Shown here one piece after another: positions 9,449 through 21,675 of a stretch of 64,000 nucleotides of DNA; the stretch's first letter is position 1, and every line of letters begins with the position of its first letter. Location: NCBI GenBank assembly GCA_963810095.1, contig CAWEMM010000006.1, forward strand, positions 928,001 through 992,000, in the 5' to 3' direction. The translations under genes and the position numbers were made by a program. Under the pieces are notes generated by a model, which was not told the DNA's origin, searched no databases, and saw only the letters and a program-made list of their open reading frames with translations. The DNA is from an uncultured Chloroflexia bacterium. Its GTDB lineage: Bacteria > Chloroflexota > Anaerolineae > CG2-30-64-16.

Positions 9449-10488
9449 ACGCCCCTGATGTGAAAGTGACGCCGCCTCCGGCCGCGCCTGCTGCTCCCGC
9501 CGTCGTCCAGACCGGGCTGCGCGGCGAGTCGAGCAACCTGGCCAAGGTGCTCAACGCGGGCAAGTTCGGCGTGTGCGTGGAAGTCTCGCCGCCCGTCGGC
9601 CCGAACGTCGAAGCAATCCAGCGCGAGATCAAGACGCTGAAGGGTTACGGCGACGCCTACAACGTGACCGACAACCAGTCGGCCATGGTGCACGTCTCCT
9701 CGCTGGCGGTCAGCATTATGCTCAAGCAGGCCGGCATGGAGCCGGTGATCCAGTTCACCGCCCGCGACCGCAACCGTCTCGGCATCCAGGGCGATCTGCT
9801 CGGCGCGTCCGTGTTCGGGATCAACACCGTCCTCTGCCTCTCGGGCGACCATCCCATCTGGGGCGATCATCCGCAGTGCAAGCCGGTCTACGACATGGAC
9901 TCGCTGAATCTCGTCCGCATGGTGCGCATGATGCGCGACAACCAGGTCTTCGAGAACGGCAAGACGATCCCCAAGAAGGCGCCCGACTTCTTCATCGGCG
10001 CGGTCGAGAACCCGTTTGCGCCGCCGTTCGACTACCGGCCGCTGCGACTGGCCAAGAAGATCGTCGCCGGCGCGCAATTCATCCAGACCCAGCTCATCTT
10101 CAACGTGCCGACCGCTTCCGCGAGTTCATGAAGAAGGTGGTCGACCTGGGCCTGCACGAGCAGATCGCGATCTTTGCGGGCGTCGGGCCGACCAAGTCGC
10201 AGAAGGTCGCCGAGTACATGAAGACCGAAGTGGCGGGCATGGACGTCCCCGATTGGGTGCTCAAGCGGATGGACGGCCTGTCGAAGGAAGATCAGCAGAA
10301 GGCCGGCATCGACATCTGCCTGGAGATCGCCCGCCAGGTCATGGAGATCGAAGGGGTCAAGGGTCTCGCACGTGATGGCAGTCAACTGGCCGGCGGCCGT
10401 CCCGCAGATCGTGAAGGAACTGGGGCTATATCCCCGGCCGGTGATTGAGACAGAGACCGCGGTCGCGCCGGTTGCGACACCGGCATAG
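9445..10488 (+). CDS. metF: Methylenetetrahydrofolate reductase (frameshifts near 10110 and 10370)
   Basis: EVSPP, NVTDNQSA, TARDRNRLGIQGDLLGA, LSGDH, KKIVAGAQFIQTQ. Confidence 0.9.
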
Positions 10489-10497
10489 TCCCGTGCC

Positions 10498-10531
10498 AAA
10501 CCTCCGAGGTCTTCGAAGACCTCGGAGGTTT
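10498..10531. repeat. Perfect REP-like palindrome between convergent genes (likely also a terminator)
   Basis: aaacctccgaggtcttcgaagacctcggaggttt is self-complementary; partial relative near 4410-4424. Confidence 0.7.
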
Positions 10532-10536
10532 CTTTC

Positions 10537-11388
10537 CTACTCCCGTATCAATCCCCGCAGCACTCGCAGGTTCTCCACGTCCTCGTGCATATCGTCGCTC
10601 TTCTCGGTCTCCAGAATCTTCGGGATCGTTGCCAGCCGCGGGTCGTTGAGGATGAAACCAAACGCTTCGAGGCCGATCTGCCCGGTGCCGATATGGTCGT
10701 GCCGGTCTACCCGCGAGCCGAGCGGCTTCTTCGCATCGTTGAAATGAAAACACTTCAGCCGTTCGATGCCGCACAGCGTATCAAACTGGCCCAGCGTGTC
10801 CGCATACGCCTGCTCGGTCCGCAGGTCGTAGCCTGAGGCGAACAGGTGGCACGTGTCCAGGCAGAAGCCAAGCCGCTCGGGCTCGCTCGCCCCTTGCAGC
10901 ATGGCCTGCAGATGCTCGAACCGGTAGCCCAGCGCGGTGCCCTGCCCGGCCGTATGCTCCACGAGCGTCAGCGTCTTGAACCCCGGCGTGCGCCGGTGCG
11001 CCGCGTCGATCCCCTTGACGATGCGGGCGATCCCCGCCTCCTCGCCTTCGCCCATGTGTGCGCCCGGATGGAACACCACGCCCAGCAGGCCCAATTCCTC
11101 CGCCCGCGTCAGCTCGTCCGCGAGGGCCTCCACCGACTTGTCCCACAAGTCCGGGTTGGGCGTGCCCAGGTTGATCAGGTAGGCCGCATGCGACACGACC
11201 GGGCGGATCCCGGTCTCCGCCTGCTTCTGACCCCAGCGCTCGATTTCCTCGGGCGGCGTCGGCTTCTGCTGCCAGCGGTTCTGGTTCTTCGTGAAGATCT
11301 GCATCGTCGTGCAGCCGACGAGCGCGCCGCGGTCGAACGCAGTGCTCAAGCCGCCCGATGTGGACATGTGCGCGCCTAACAACGCCAT
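10537..11388 (-). CDS. nfo: Endonuclease IV
   Basis: LGAHMS, HAAYLINL, FHPG, CLDTCH, HFNDAK..LGSRVDRH, ILET. Confidence 0.93.
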   Translation of the reverse strand: MALLGAHMSTSGGLSTAFDRGALVGCTTMQIFTKNQNRWQQKPTPPEEIERWGQKQAETGIRPVVSHAAYLINLGTPNPDLWDKSVEALADELTRAEELGLLGVVFHPGAHMGEGEEAGIARIVKGIDAAHRRTPGFKTLTLVEHTAGQGTALGYRFEHLQAMLQGASEPERLGFCLDTCHLFASGYDLRTEQAYADTLGQFDTLCGIERLKCFHFNDAKKPLGSRVDRHDHIGTGQIGLEAFGFILNDPRLATIPKILETEKSDDMHEDVENLRVLRGLIRE

Positions 11389-11424
11389 AACTCCCCCCTC
11401 AGGATAACGCGGTTTCTTTTCACC

Positions 11425-11982
11425 CTACTCGCCGCGTGCGAGCGTGAAATGCTCGACGCCCGCGGCTTTGTCCTCGACTCGGCCCAAGACGAACAGCAGC
11501 GAAGACAGCCGGTTAAGGTATTTGAGTGGAGTGTCGTTACGCAGCTCGCCCTCGTGGCTCAGCCGCGCCACCAGCCGCTCCGCACGCCGCACCACGGTCC
11601 TGCAGACCTCCAGGCAGGCGCTCGACGGGCTGTCGCCGGGCACGATAAAGGCCCTCGGCATCTCGACCTGTTGTCCGAAGGCCTCCGTCTGCTCCTCCAG
11701 CCAGTCCAGCCGTGCTTCCTTGAGCCACGGGTCCCGGGTCGCCGTTTCAGGCAAAGTCGCCAGGTCCGCCATCATGCCGTAAAGGTCGCGCTGAACGGTC
11801 AACAAGGCCGCGGCTGACCCCGGCGCGCGCGCGTGGACCCGCGCCATGCCCAGGAACGCCGATGCCTCGTCTACCGTCCCATACGCCTCCGGCCGCAGCG
11901 CGTACTTGGGCACCCGTTCGCGACCCAGCACGCCGGTGAACCCGTCGTCGCCCGTGCCCGTGTACCACGGTATAGCATCCAT
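11425..11982 (-). CDS. Cob(I)alamin adenosyltransferase, PduO type
   Basis: YTGTGDDG, AYGTVDE, RTVVRRAER, YLNRLSSLLFV. Confidence 0.88.
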   Translation of the reverse strand: MDAIPWYTGTGDDGFTGVLGRERVPKYALRPEAYGTVDEASAFLGMARVHARAPGSAAALLTVQRDLYGMMADLATLPETATRDPWLKEARLDWLEEQTEAFGQQVEMPRAFIVPGDSPSSACLEVCRTVVRRAERLVARLSHEGELRNDTPLKYLNRLSSLLFVLGRVEDKAAGVEHFTLARGE

Positions 11983-12018
11983 GATCTCGACCCCCAAAGG
12001 CGTTCAGCGCGAACCGCG

Positions 12019-12452
12019 CTACTGCACACCCACGCCGAAGTGGTAGACCAGCTTGCCGCCGAGCCACCCTTCGACAAAAACCAGCAAGACGATGACCGCG
12101 AGCAGCCCGATATATCCCCAGCGGCGAACTGCTGACCATCAGCTCGCTTGTTACGCAGCGGCCAATAGAGCGCCAGGCCCACCGCGATCAATAGTGCGAT
12201 CCCAACAGTGATGTGTTGATTGATGACCGTCGCGACGTCCGCGTTCTGCGGCGCGTTCGTTTGGTCGATCAAGCCCGACACCACCGCCGCCATGATCCCC
12301 AGCCAGCCCAACAGCAGCGTAATCTGCCCGTACCCCGTCCAGCGATCCTGTCGCCGCAGCAGCCCCACCACAATGAACAGCGCGCCCACGATGGACAAGG
12401 CGATGGGGAAATGGACGATGCGGGGGTGGAAGGGGGTCAGGGTCTCAAGCAC
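12019..12452 (-). CDS. DUF2231-type membrane protein (frameshift near 12130)
   Basis: HPRIVHFPIAL N-terminus; GWLGGKLVYHFGVG C-terminus in another frame. Confidence 0.7.
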
Positions 12453-12473
12453 GCCTCGATCCTTTCGGCTGCG

Positions 12474-13232
12474 TCAGTCCAGGCCACTGTAATTTGCCGC
12501 CATCAGCCGCTCGGCAAAGTGCTTGCCGCGGGGCAATCCGCTCGTCCGCATCTCGTGCACGACGACGGCCGTCGGATATGCAACCCGGCGGTGCTCCGCC
12601 CGCCATGCGCCTCCGCCGAGTCCGCTTTGTTCCCACGTCAGGATCGCATAGGCGGCCCGCTGGTCGCCATCCATCGGCAGCCCGACGCTCGACACGTTAA
12701 CCAGCAGGCGCTCGCGCCACGTTCGGACGAACGGCGTGTGAATGTGGCCGAAAGCCAGCGCACGCCAGGCCGGCGGGCGGCCATCCTCCAGCAGAAGCTC
12801 GTCCAGGTTCGCCTCCGCGGCTCGCCGCAGAATCGCCTGCTCCATGTCGTGCGGGTTCGCATGGACGACGAGAAGATCGTGCCCCGGTGCGGGCGAAATC
12901 CTCCGGCTGAACGGCAGCCCGCGAAGAAAGCCCACCCGCTCGGGTCCGAGCTGTTCGCACATCCAGGCCAGGTGCGCGGTAAAACGTCCCGGTTCCTTGC
13001 CCTCGGGCGTCTCCGCAGTTGGCTCGAAAAACGCGTCGGTGTTGCCCTTGATCGCGGTCGCGCGCAGCGCCTGAACCCGGTCGATCACCTCCCGAGGCCG
13101 CGGCCCCGACCACACCAGATCTCCGGCAACGACGATTTCGTCAAACGGCCCCCGGCTTGCGAGGTCGGCTAACACCGCGTCCAACGCAACCGCGTTGCCG
13201 TGGATGTCCGACAAAATAGCAACTCGCATCAC
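12474..13232 (-). CDS. Metallophosphoesterase family protein
   Basis: SDIHGN, GDLV, GNTD, HANP, FGHIH motifs. Confidence 0.88.
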   Translation of the reverse strand: MMRVAILSDIHGNAVALDAVLADLASRGPFDEIVVAGDLVWSGPRPREVIDRVQALRATAIKGNTDAFFEPTAETPEGKEPGRFTAHLAWMCEQLGPERVGFLRGLPFSRRISPAPGHDLLVVHANPHDMEQAILRRAAEANLDELLLEDGRPPAWRALAFGHIHTPFVRTWRERLLVNVSSVGLPMDGDQRAAYAILTWEQSGLGGGAWRAEHRRVAYPTAVVVHEMRTSGLPRGKHFAERLMAANYSGLD

Positions 13233-13283
13233 TGCGTCTCCTCAACTCCGATGTTGAGCTGGCAGGCTCGTTTCTGGCGCCAT

Positions 13284-14129
13284 CTACCCACGGATAATCG
13301 CTGCGCCAACTGCATTCGGACCGGCGTGCGCGGCAAAAGCCGGGCCGGCCTCCACGGTCAACACGTCCATCAGCGGCACGCCGGCCAGCGCCGCAATCCG
13401 GTCGGCAAGCTCGTTGGCCACCTCGCAGCCCCGCGTATATGCGGCCGCGAGGCCCTCCACGGGCAAGCGTTCGCGCACTTCATCCTCGAGCCGCTGCAAT
13501 GCGCTGCGTGTCGAACGCGCAATCGCCACCAACTTGAACTCGCCGTTGCACATCTCCAGGACCGGCTTCACTCGCAACGTGCGGGCGACCTTATCCACCA
13601 GGGGAATAATGCGATCCAACCGTCCGCCGCGGCGCACCCACTCGAGCGTGTCGAGGACGAAAATGATCGAGGTTCGCTCCCGCAGGTTCTCAATGGTCTG
13701 CTGGATCAGTTCGGCGCTGCTGCCCCCGGCTGCCTCTCTGGCGGCTACCAAGACCTGCAGGCCCATGCCGAGCGAAAAAGAGCCCGTATCGATCACCCGC
13801 ACCTTGTCCCCAAAGTCCTGCGCAGCCAGCCAGGCGGCGTTATAGGTGCCGCTGTGCTTCCCCGGCAGCGTCAGGCAGACCACGTCGCAGCCCTCGTCGA
13901 CATGCGTTTGAAATACTTTATAGAAGGTGCCCGGCGCCGGCGAAGACGTGCCGGGGGCATTCGGAGAGTCAGCGGCCCGGCGCCAAAAGTCGTCGCTGGT
14001 AAGGCCGTCGCTCGAAATCATCTCCTCACCGAATCGCACAAACACGGGAATAATCGTGATGCCATATTGGCGCACAAGCGCGTCAGGTAAGTCACAACCG
14101 CTGTCGGCAACGATGCGTACGTTGGGCAT
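13284..14129 (-). CDS. DegV/FakB fatty-acid-binding protein
   Basis: IVADSGCDLP, TSSP, SGTY, L..VRRGGR, KPVL, AHAGP. Confidence 0.88.
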   Translation of the reverse strand: MPNVRIVADSGCDLPDALVRQYGITIIPVFVRFGEEMISSDGLTSDDFWRRAADSPNAPGTSSPAPGTFYKVFQTHVDEGCDVVCLTLPGKHSGTYNAAWLAAQDFGDKVRVIDTGSFSLGMGLQVLVAAREAAGGSSAELIQQTIENLRERTSIIFVLDTLEWVRRGGRLDRIIPLVDKVARTLRVKPVLEMCNGEFKLVAIARSTRSALQRLEDEVRERLPVEGLAAAYTRGCEVANELADRIAALAGVPLMDVLTVEAGPAFAAHAGPNAVGAAIIRG

Positions 14130-14365
14130 ATCCCCTCCGTTGGGTTGCTCTTTTGGAAGAGTCCCGCGAACTATGCGCCATTATAGCACCCGTCGCAGTA
14201 AGCGCAATGCCGCGAGGGCCGTTCCAGACGAGCCGGCAGACCCGCTTTTCACGCCGCACGCACCTGCGCCCCCCACCTGCCTTGTGCTTGGCGGGCCGGC
14301 GCGGCGTGTGCTACAATAGATGCACGTGGATGGCCCGTTCGGCCGCAAACGGGGTGGAGGCAGCC

Positions 14366-14728
14366 ATGAGGCCCAAAATCGAAGACACGTGGTTCGGTAG
14401 CATCACGGTCGAAGGGACCCGCTACGAGTACGATATTATCATCCGACTGAGCGGCAAGGTGCGGCGCCGTAACAAGCAGCTGTCCAAGGCGCTGTACGGC
14501 ACCTCGCACACAATCAGTCTGGATGAGATACGCGATCTGCACCGGAAACGCGCAAAACGGCTGGTCATCGGTGCGGGGCAGGAGGGCCAGGTCGTCCTCT
14601 CACCCGAAGCTGCCGACTTCCTCGCCAAGAAGGGCTGCCTCGTCGATCTCCTCCCCACCCCGCAAGCCATCGAGTGCTGGAATGCAGCCGAGGGCGAGGT
14701 CCTGGGACTGTTCCACATCACCTGCTAG
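14366..14728 (+). CDS. Mth938-like (DUF498) protein
   Basis: FGSITVEG, LVIGAG, PT..AI..WN, FHITC; RBS ggagg. Confidence 0.8.
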   Translation: MRPKIEDTWFGSITVEGTRYEYDIIIRLSGKVRRRNKQLSKALYGTSHTISLDEIRDLHRKRAKRLVIGAGQEGQVVLSPEAADFLAKKGCLVDLLPTPQAIECWNAAEGEVLGLFHITC

Positions 14729-14742
14729 ACTCGGAAAAATAC

Positions 14743-15666
14743 ATGCATCCACCATCGAGAGCCAAAGCGATCATCGTGCACGGCGGCGCTTGGGACATCC
14801 CGGCCGCGTTGCACGCCGACCACCTGTCCGGCTGCCGTACGGCGGCCGCGGCGGGATGGGATGTCTTGAGTGAAGGCGGTTCCGCGCTCGAAGCTGTCGA
14901 GGCCGCGATCAGGATTATGGAAGACCACCCGGTCTTTGACGCCGGCCGCGGCTCCCACCTGAATGCAGACGGCGTAGTCGAGCTGGACGCGGGGATGATG
15001 GACGGCTCGACGCTACGCGCGGGGGCCGTAGCGGCCGTCAAGCGGATTGCCAACCCTATCACCCTGGCCCGCCACGTGCTCGACGAGAGCCCACATGTTT
15101 TTCTGGTGGCGGAGGGCGCCGAGCGGTTTGCGCAACAAGTGGGGATGGATTTATGCGACCCGGCCGAGCTCATCGTGCCGCGTGAGCGCGCGCTGTGGGA
15201 ACAACGGCGCGCCGAGCTCGCGCCCTCGACGAGCGTCACCCGGCTTGGGGCCGCAGACACTGTCGGGGCGGTGGCGCTGGACGAGCAGGGCCGCCTGGCA
15301 GTAGGCAATTCGACGGGCGGTACGTTCTACAAGGCGCCGGGCCGCGTTGGCGACACCCCCATCATCGGCTGCGGTCTCTATGCCGACAACACGATGGGCG
15401 CGGCCGTCTGCACGGGCGTTGGCGAGCAGATCATGAAGACTGTGCTGGCCAAAACGACGGTAGACCAGCTTGCGCTTCTGCAGAGCGCCAACGACGCAGC
15501 CCGGGTGGCCATCGCGTACTTTAACCACCGGGTGGGTGGACAAGGCGGCGTGATCTGTATCTCGCCGGACGGCAAGATCGGATTCGCGCATACGACCCCG
15601 TTCCTCGCCCATGCGTACCGCAGCGATGACATGGCCGAAATCCGATCCGGCATACGGGTCGTGTAA
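14743..15666 (+). CDS. Isoaspartyl peptidase / plant-type L-asparaginase (Ntn hydrolase)
   Basis: IIVHGGA, FDAGRGS, ELDA, DTVGAVALD, STGG, GRVGDTP, TGVGE. Confidence 0.9.
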   Translation: MHPPSRAKAIIVHGGAWDIPAALHADHLSGCRTAAAAGWDVLSEGGSALEAVEAAIRIMEDHPVFDAGRGSHLNADGVVELDAGMMDGSTLRAGAVAAVKRIANPITLARHVLDESPHVFLVAEGAERFAQQVGMDLCDPAELIVPRERALWEQRRAELAPSTSVTRLGAADTVGAVALDEQGRLAVGNSTGGTFYKAPGRVGDTPIIGCGLYADNTMGAAVCTGVGEQIMKTVLAKTTVDQLALLQSANDAARVAIAYFNHRVGGQGGVICISPDGKIGFAHTTPFLAHAYRSDDMAEIRSGIRVV

Positions 15667-15725
15667 GAACCTTGGCACGTGGCAGACAATCGTTTAGTCG
15701 CAAGTGAAGCGCGGGAGGAGAAGGC

Positions 15726-16628
15726 GTGACCGAGGCTCAGATGGGCGAACAACCGGCCGCGCCGCCGCGCGTTGCGCTGCAGACCATGCTCGCACAGCTT
15801 GCCACCATCCTGATCGCCGGCGGGTTGGTGCGGGCATTGGTCGAGGGCGTCTTCACCCGCAACTCGGAAGACTGGCCCTACAATCCGGCCATTACCCGCA
15901 TTGCCGGGATCATCACCGCACGCTTCCTGGAAGTCCTGGCGGTCTACCTGGCCCTCGCGCTCCTCTTCCGCCTGACCCGCTTCGGCTCCTTCGCCCAGCT
16001 CGGTCTTCGGCGACGAGGGCTGCCCTGGCTGCCCGTCGGCTTTGTGGTTCCCATCGTCGCCTTGACACTTGCCGGCCTGATTGCCTACCTTGCCGGCCTG
16101 GTTCCCGCCGCCCGCCTGCTCTATCCCGGCCCCTGGCCGACGCTCCTGGCCGTCGCCGCATCCACCCAGGCAGCCTTCATCGAAGAGCTCGCGTTCCGGG
16201 GGGTCCTGATGCAGGGCATCGAGCACCTGGCGGGAGGCGGTCCCCGCGCCCGTAACATCGCGATTGCCGCCAGCGGCCTCCTGTTCGCCGCGCTCCACCT
16301 GCTCGCGCCCTTCCAGCTCACGTGGGCCTGGTGGATCGTCGTCACGATCGCAGGTCTCGGTTTCGGCTGGGCCTTCTACGCGGCCGGCCGTAACCTGTGG
16401 CTGACCATCGGCCTGCACCTCGGCTTCGACGTGGGTTTGTTCCTCTTGCTCGGCCTGCCCGGCGAGACGCACGGCTGGTTGATCGCGCCCGCGCTCCGCC
16501 CCGTGCCCTCGCTGTCGCAGACCGGCGGCATTATCATGCTCATCGGAACGCTGCTCACGTTGCTGACCCTCAATCTGCTGCTTAACAGAAGGCAGAGACT
16601 GACGATGGCGTCCGGGAGGACAGTGTGA
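15726..16628 (+). CDS. CPBP family (CAAX/Abi) intramembrane metalloprotease
   Basis: EELAFRG, LFAALH, IGLH motifs; multiple TM segments. Confidence 0.82.
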   Translation: MTEAQMGEQPAAPPRVALQTMLAQLATILIAGGLVRALVEGVFTRNSEDWPYNPAITRIAGIITARFLEVLAVYLALALLFRLTRFGSFAQLGLRRRGLPWLPVGFVVPIVALTLAGLIAYLAGLVPAARLLYPGPWPTLLAVAASTQAAFIEELAFRGVLMQGIEHLAGGGPRARNIAIAASGLLFAALHLLAPFQLTWAWWIVVTIAGLGFGWAFYAAGRNLWLTIGLHLGFDVGLFLLLGLPGETHGWLIAPALRPVPSLSQTGGIIMLIGTLLTLLTLNLLLNRRQRLTMASGRTV

Positions 16629-16903
16629 TGTCAGACAAGCGCGTGCGAGTGATCGTGCACGGCCGCGTGCAGGGTGTCGGGTTCCGAGCCGCGTGCCAGG
16701 CAGAAGCGGTCGCGTCGGGAGTGCGCGGCTGGGTGAAAAACAAGTGGGACGGCTCGGTCGAGGCGCTGTTCGAGGGGCCGGAAGACGCGGTCGATCACAT
16801 GCTGCGCTGGTGTGAACGGGGGCCCAGGATGGCCGACATCGAGCGGGTGGACCAGCACGAGGCGCCTGAGCCGGCGCCCCCCGGCCCGTTCAAGGTGCGC
16901 TGA
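16628..16903 (+). CDS. acyP: Acylphosphatase
   Basis: [19 protein letters not shown]. Confidence 0.92.
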   Translation: MSDKRVRVIVHGRVQGVGFRAACQAEAVASGVRGWVKNKWDGSVEALFEGPEDAVDHMLRWCERGPRMADIERVDQHEAPEPAPPGPFKVR

Positions 16904-17406
16904 TGGGGCCCGGCAGCAGCGAGACAACGCCCGTCATCGTCATCACGGACGGCGCGTGCAGCGGTAATCCTGGTCCGGGCGGCTGGGCCGCCATCTTGCG
17001 CTACGGTTCGCACGAGAAGGTGCTGCAGGGCGGCGCGTCGCTGACGACGAATAATCGCATGGAACTGCGGGCTGCCCTCGCAGCGTTCCAGGCATTAACC
17101 CGTCCGTGCACGGTGACCGTGTACACGGACTCGGAGTATTTGCGCCGGGGCATCACCGAGTGGCTGCCCACATGGGTGCAAAACGGCTGGCGGACGCAGA
17201 GCAAGCAGCCGGTGAAGAACCAGGACCTGTGGCGCGGCTTGCAGGCCGCAATGCGGTCGCACACGGTCAGCTGGCATTGGGTGAAGGGGCACGCGGGCAA
17301 TGAGCTCAACGAACGGGCCGACGCGCTCGCCGTCAATGCGCTGAATACCATCGGCGTGAAGGGTCAGCCCGACCTGGACGGCCCACCGGCGGGGGTACTG
17401 ACCTAG
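16903..17406 (+). CDS. rnhA: Ribonuclease HI
   Basis: [44 protein letters not shown]. Confidence 0.95.
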   Translation: MGPGSSETTPVIVITDGACSGNPGPGGWAAILRYGSHEKVLQGGASLTTNNRMELRAALAAFQALTRPCTVTVYTDSEYLRRGITEWLPTWVQNGWRTQSKQPVKNQDLWRGLQAAMRSHTVSWHWVKGHAGNELNERADALAVNALNTIGVKGQPDLDGPPAGVLT

Positions 17407-17493
17407 CCACCCCGGGCACAGAGGACGTAGAGGCCTTGAAGAGAGACACAGAACTCCGTCGCTCTGTCGTATTCTCTGGGCTGTCTGTGGCTA
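17404..17493. repeat. Degenerate CCAC...GTGG palindromic element between convergent genes (family 2 variant)
   Basis: tagccac...cacagagg...ctctgt...ctgtggcta. Confidence 0.45.
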
Positions 17494-17847
17494 ATCGCGA
17501 TCTGCGGCCAGCACTTCGTCCATGCGGGCGTACGCCCGGCGCAGGTGGGGAATCACAATCGAGCCGCCGACAATGAGGGCGACGGCAAACGTCTCTTCGA
17601 ACTCCGCAACGGTTACGCCCGCTTTGACGCACTGGATCACGTGATAGGTGATGCAGTCGTCGCAGCGGAGGACGAGCGACGCGGCCAGTCCGAGCAGTTC
17701 CTTGGTCTTGGCGGGCAGTGCGCCGTCTTCGTACGCCTCCCCGTCCAGGCGGAAGAACCGCTTTACGACGCGATTGTCGCCCTCTTTGAGAATACGGTCG
17801 TTGGCCTGCAGCCGTTCGGCCTGAAATTCGGCCAGGGTTTTTGCCAT
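17491..17847 (-). CDS. Carboxymuconolactone decarboxylase / AhpD family protein
   Basis: GALPAKTKELLGL...LRCDDCITYH...GGSIVIPH; RBS aggagg before MAKTLAEF. Confidence 0.82.
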   Translation of the reverse strand: MAKTLAEFQAERLQANDRILKEGDNRVVKRFFRLDGEAYEDGALPAKTKELLGLAASLVLRCDDCITYHVIQCVKAGVTVAEFEETFAVALIVGGSIVIPHLRRAYARMDEVLAADRD

Positions 17848-17880
17848 GTGGGCCTCCTGATCTCGAGCAGCCCTCAGGCC

Positions 17881-17914
17881 AAGAAACCCGGTTTTTGACA
17901 GAAACCGGGTTTCT
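17881..17914. repeat. AGAAACCCGGTTT-type palindromic pair (family 3)
   Basis: agaaacccggtttttgacagaaaccgggtttct. Confidence 0.65.
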
Positions 17915-17955
17915 GAGTGGCGCAGAGGGTCTCTAAAAGTGCAGAAGAGTATATC

Positions 17956-19027
17956 ATGAGTCTGATTCTCGCTATCGAAACGTCGTGCGACGAAACGGCC
18001 GCAGCAGTCATCGAAGACGGCCACGTCATCCGGTCCAACGTGGTCGCGTCGCAGATCGACATCCACCGGCAATACGGCGGCGTCTTCCCGGAGATTGCTT
18101 CCCGGCAGCACGTTTTCGACATCGTGCCGGTCATTCAGGCCAGCCTCGACGCGGCATCGGTCACTTGGGATGACCTGCGCGCCCTGGCCGTCACCCGCGG
18201 CCCCGGCCTCGCGGGCTCCCTGCTGGTCGGGGTGAACACGGCCAAGGCCATCGCCTGGGCGCGCGACCTGCCGGTGGTGGCCCTCAACCACCTGGAAGGG
18301 CACCTCTACTCGAACTGGCTGGATCAGGGCGGCAAAATCAACCCGGACACACTCACCCGGCCCAGCCTCCCCGACTTGGACGCGGCCGGCCAGGCATTCC
18401 CGCTGCTCGTGCTGATCGTCTCCGGCGGGCACACCGAGCTCATCCTCATGCGCGGGCACGGGCAGTACGAACGGCTCGGCTCGACGCTGGACGACGCAGC
18501 GGGCGAAGCCTTCGACAAGGTGGCCCGCTTGATCGGCCTGGGCTATCCGGGCGGCCCGGCCGTGCAGGCCGCGGCCGAGGGGGGCGACCCCAAGCGCTTC
18601 GACTTCCCACCGCGGACTCACCAATTACGCGATCCAGCCAGAGCACCGCTACAACTTCAGCTTCAGCGGGCTGAAGACTGCCGTGCTGCGGCAGGTGCGG
18701 GAGCTCGGCGGCGAGCCCCTGCCGGTCGCCGACCTCGCTGCCAGTTTCCAGGCCGCGGTCGTCGACGTGCTGGTCAGCAAGACGGCTTACGCCGCGCAAA
18801 AGCTGGGCGTGAAGCGGGTTTGCGTGTGCGGTGGCGTGGCGGCGAACAAGGCACTGCGCCAAGCGGTCGCTGACCGGCTGCCCGTGCCCGCCTCCATTCC
18901 GCCGTTCTTCCTCTGCACCGACAACGCGGCGATGATCGGCGCCGCGGCGCATTACCGGCTGCTGAGCGACGGGCCGTCGACGCTCGACTTCGACGTCGAG
19001 CCGGACCTGGCGCTGCGGATGTTGTGA
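17956..19027 (+). CDS. tsaD: tRNA N6-threonylcarbamoyladenosine synthesis protein TsaD (frameshift near 18610)
   Basis: [54 protein letters not shown]. Confidence 0.95.
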
Positions 19028-19051
19028 TTTGCCAAGAGACGGAGAGCCTAG

Positions 19052-19592
19052 ATGCCCCATGCACTGGAGACGGAACGCCTCGTTCTCCGTCCCTTCACCG
19101 AAGCCGACATCGAGGTCGCATACCGCCTGTTCGAGCAGGACGAGGAGGTTTACCGCTTCGACCCCGGCTCGCCCCGAACGCTCGAGCAGCGGGCCGCCAT
19201 CGTCCGGCGTCATATGGCTCAAAACGAGGAGAACGGCGAAGGGACCCTGGCCGTCACCCTTAAGTCGAACGGCGCGCTCATCGGACAGGCGGGCCTGCAG
19301 CTCTACGTTCTCCCGTGGCAGCCATTTGCGACCCCAGAAGTGGAGCTGTATTACAAGCTCGGCCGCGCCCACTGGGGCGAGGGTTACGCGCTCGAAGCCT
19401 GCCGTGCCCTGGTCGACTTTGCGTTCGCCGACATGCGACTGCTCCGGATCGTCACGATCACGCAGCCCGACAACACGCACTCCATGCGCCTGCTCAAGCG
19501 ACTGGGGTTCAGCATCGGGCCGGCGCCGGATGCCTGGCAGCCCAGCGTCCTGGGCATCTCTGGCCAATCCCCGCGCCGGGCAGCCGGCGTAA
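19052..19592 (+). CDS. RimJ/RimL-type GNAT acetyltransferase (probable frameshift near 19560; uncorrected ORF runs to 19768)
   Basis: LETERLVLRPF, HWGEGYALEA, N..S.RLLKRLGF; tail beyond this is non-homologous. Confidence 0.75.
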
Positions 19593-19866
19593 CCCGGCAG
19601 CACGGAGATATCCGGACTCACGCACCGGTTTGCCCTGCCTGCCTGAGCGCCGCGCGTCGCCCTAGTATCTATCTGAGAATCAGCTGGGGCCGGTCTCTGA
19701 CCGTGCCCCGCCTGGCCAGGGCGCCAGCCAGGCTGGCGTACGAGACCGGCTCGAGCGTTTTCGGATAGATTCTGAGTGTTTTGCCGCGTTCTTCTATCGG
19801 CGCGCTGTTTGCCCCGTTCCGGTGTTATTGCTCAGGCAGCCCGATACCCACGCTTAGGAGCGTCCC

Positions 19867-21612
<1,746 letters not shown>

Positions 21613-21654
21613 ACCAACGCGGTTGCGTCGCCGAAGTGACGCAACCGCGTTGGT
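21613..21654. terminator. Bidirectional hairpin between convergent genes
   Basis: accaacgcggttgcgtc...gacgcaaccgcgttggt. Confidence 0.7.
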
Positions 21655-21675
21655 CGCTGGGACTACGACCCGTCC

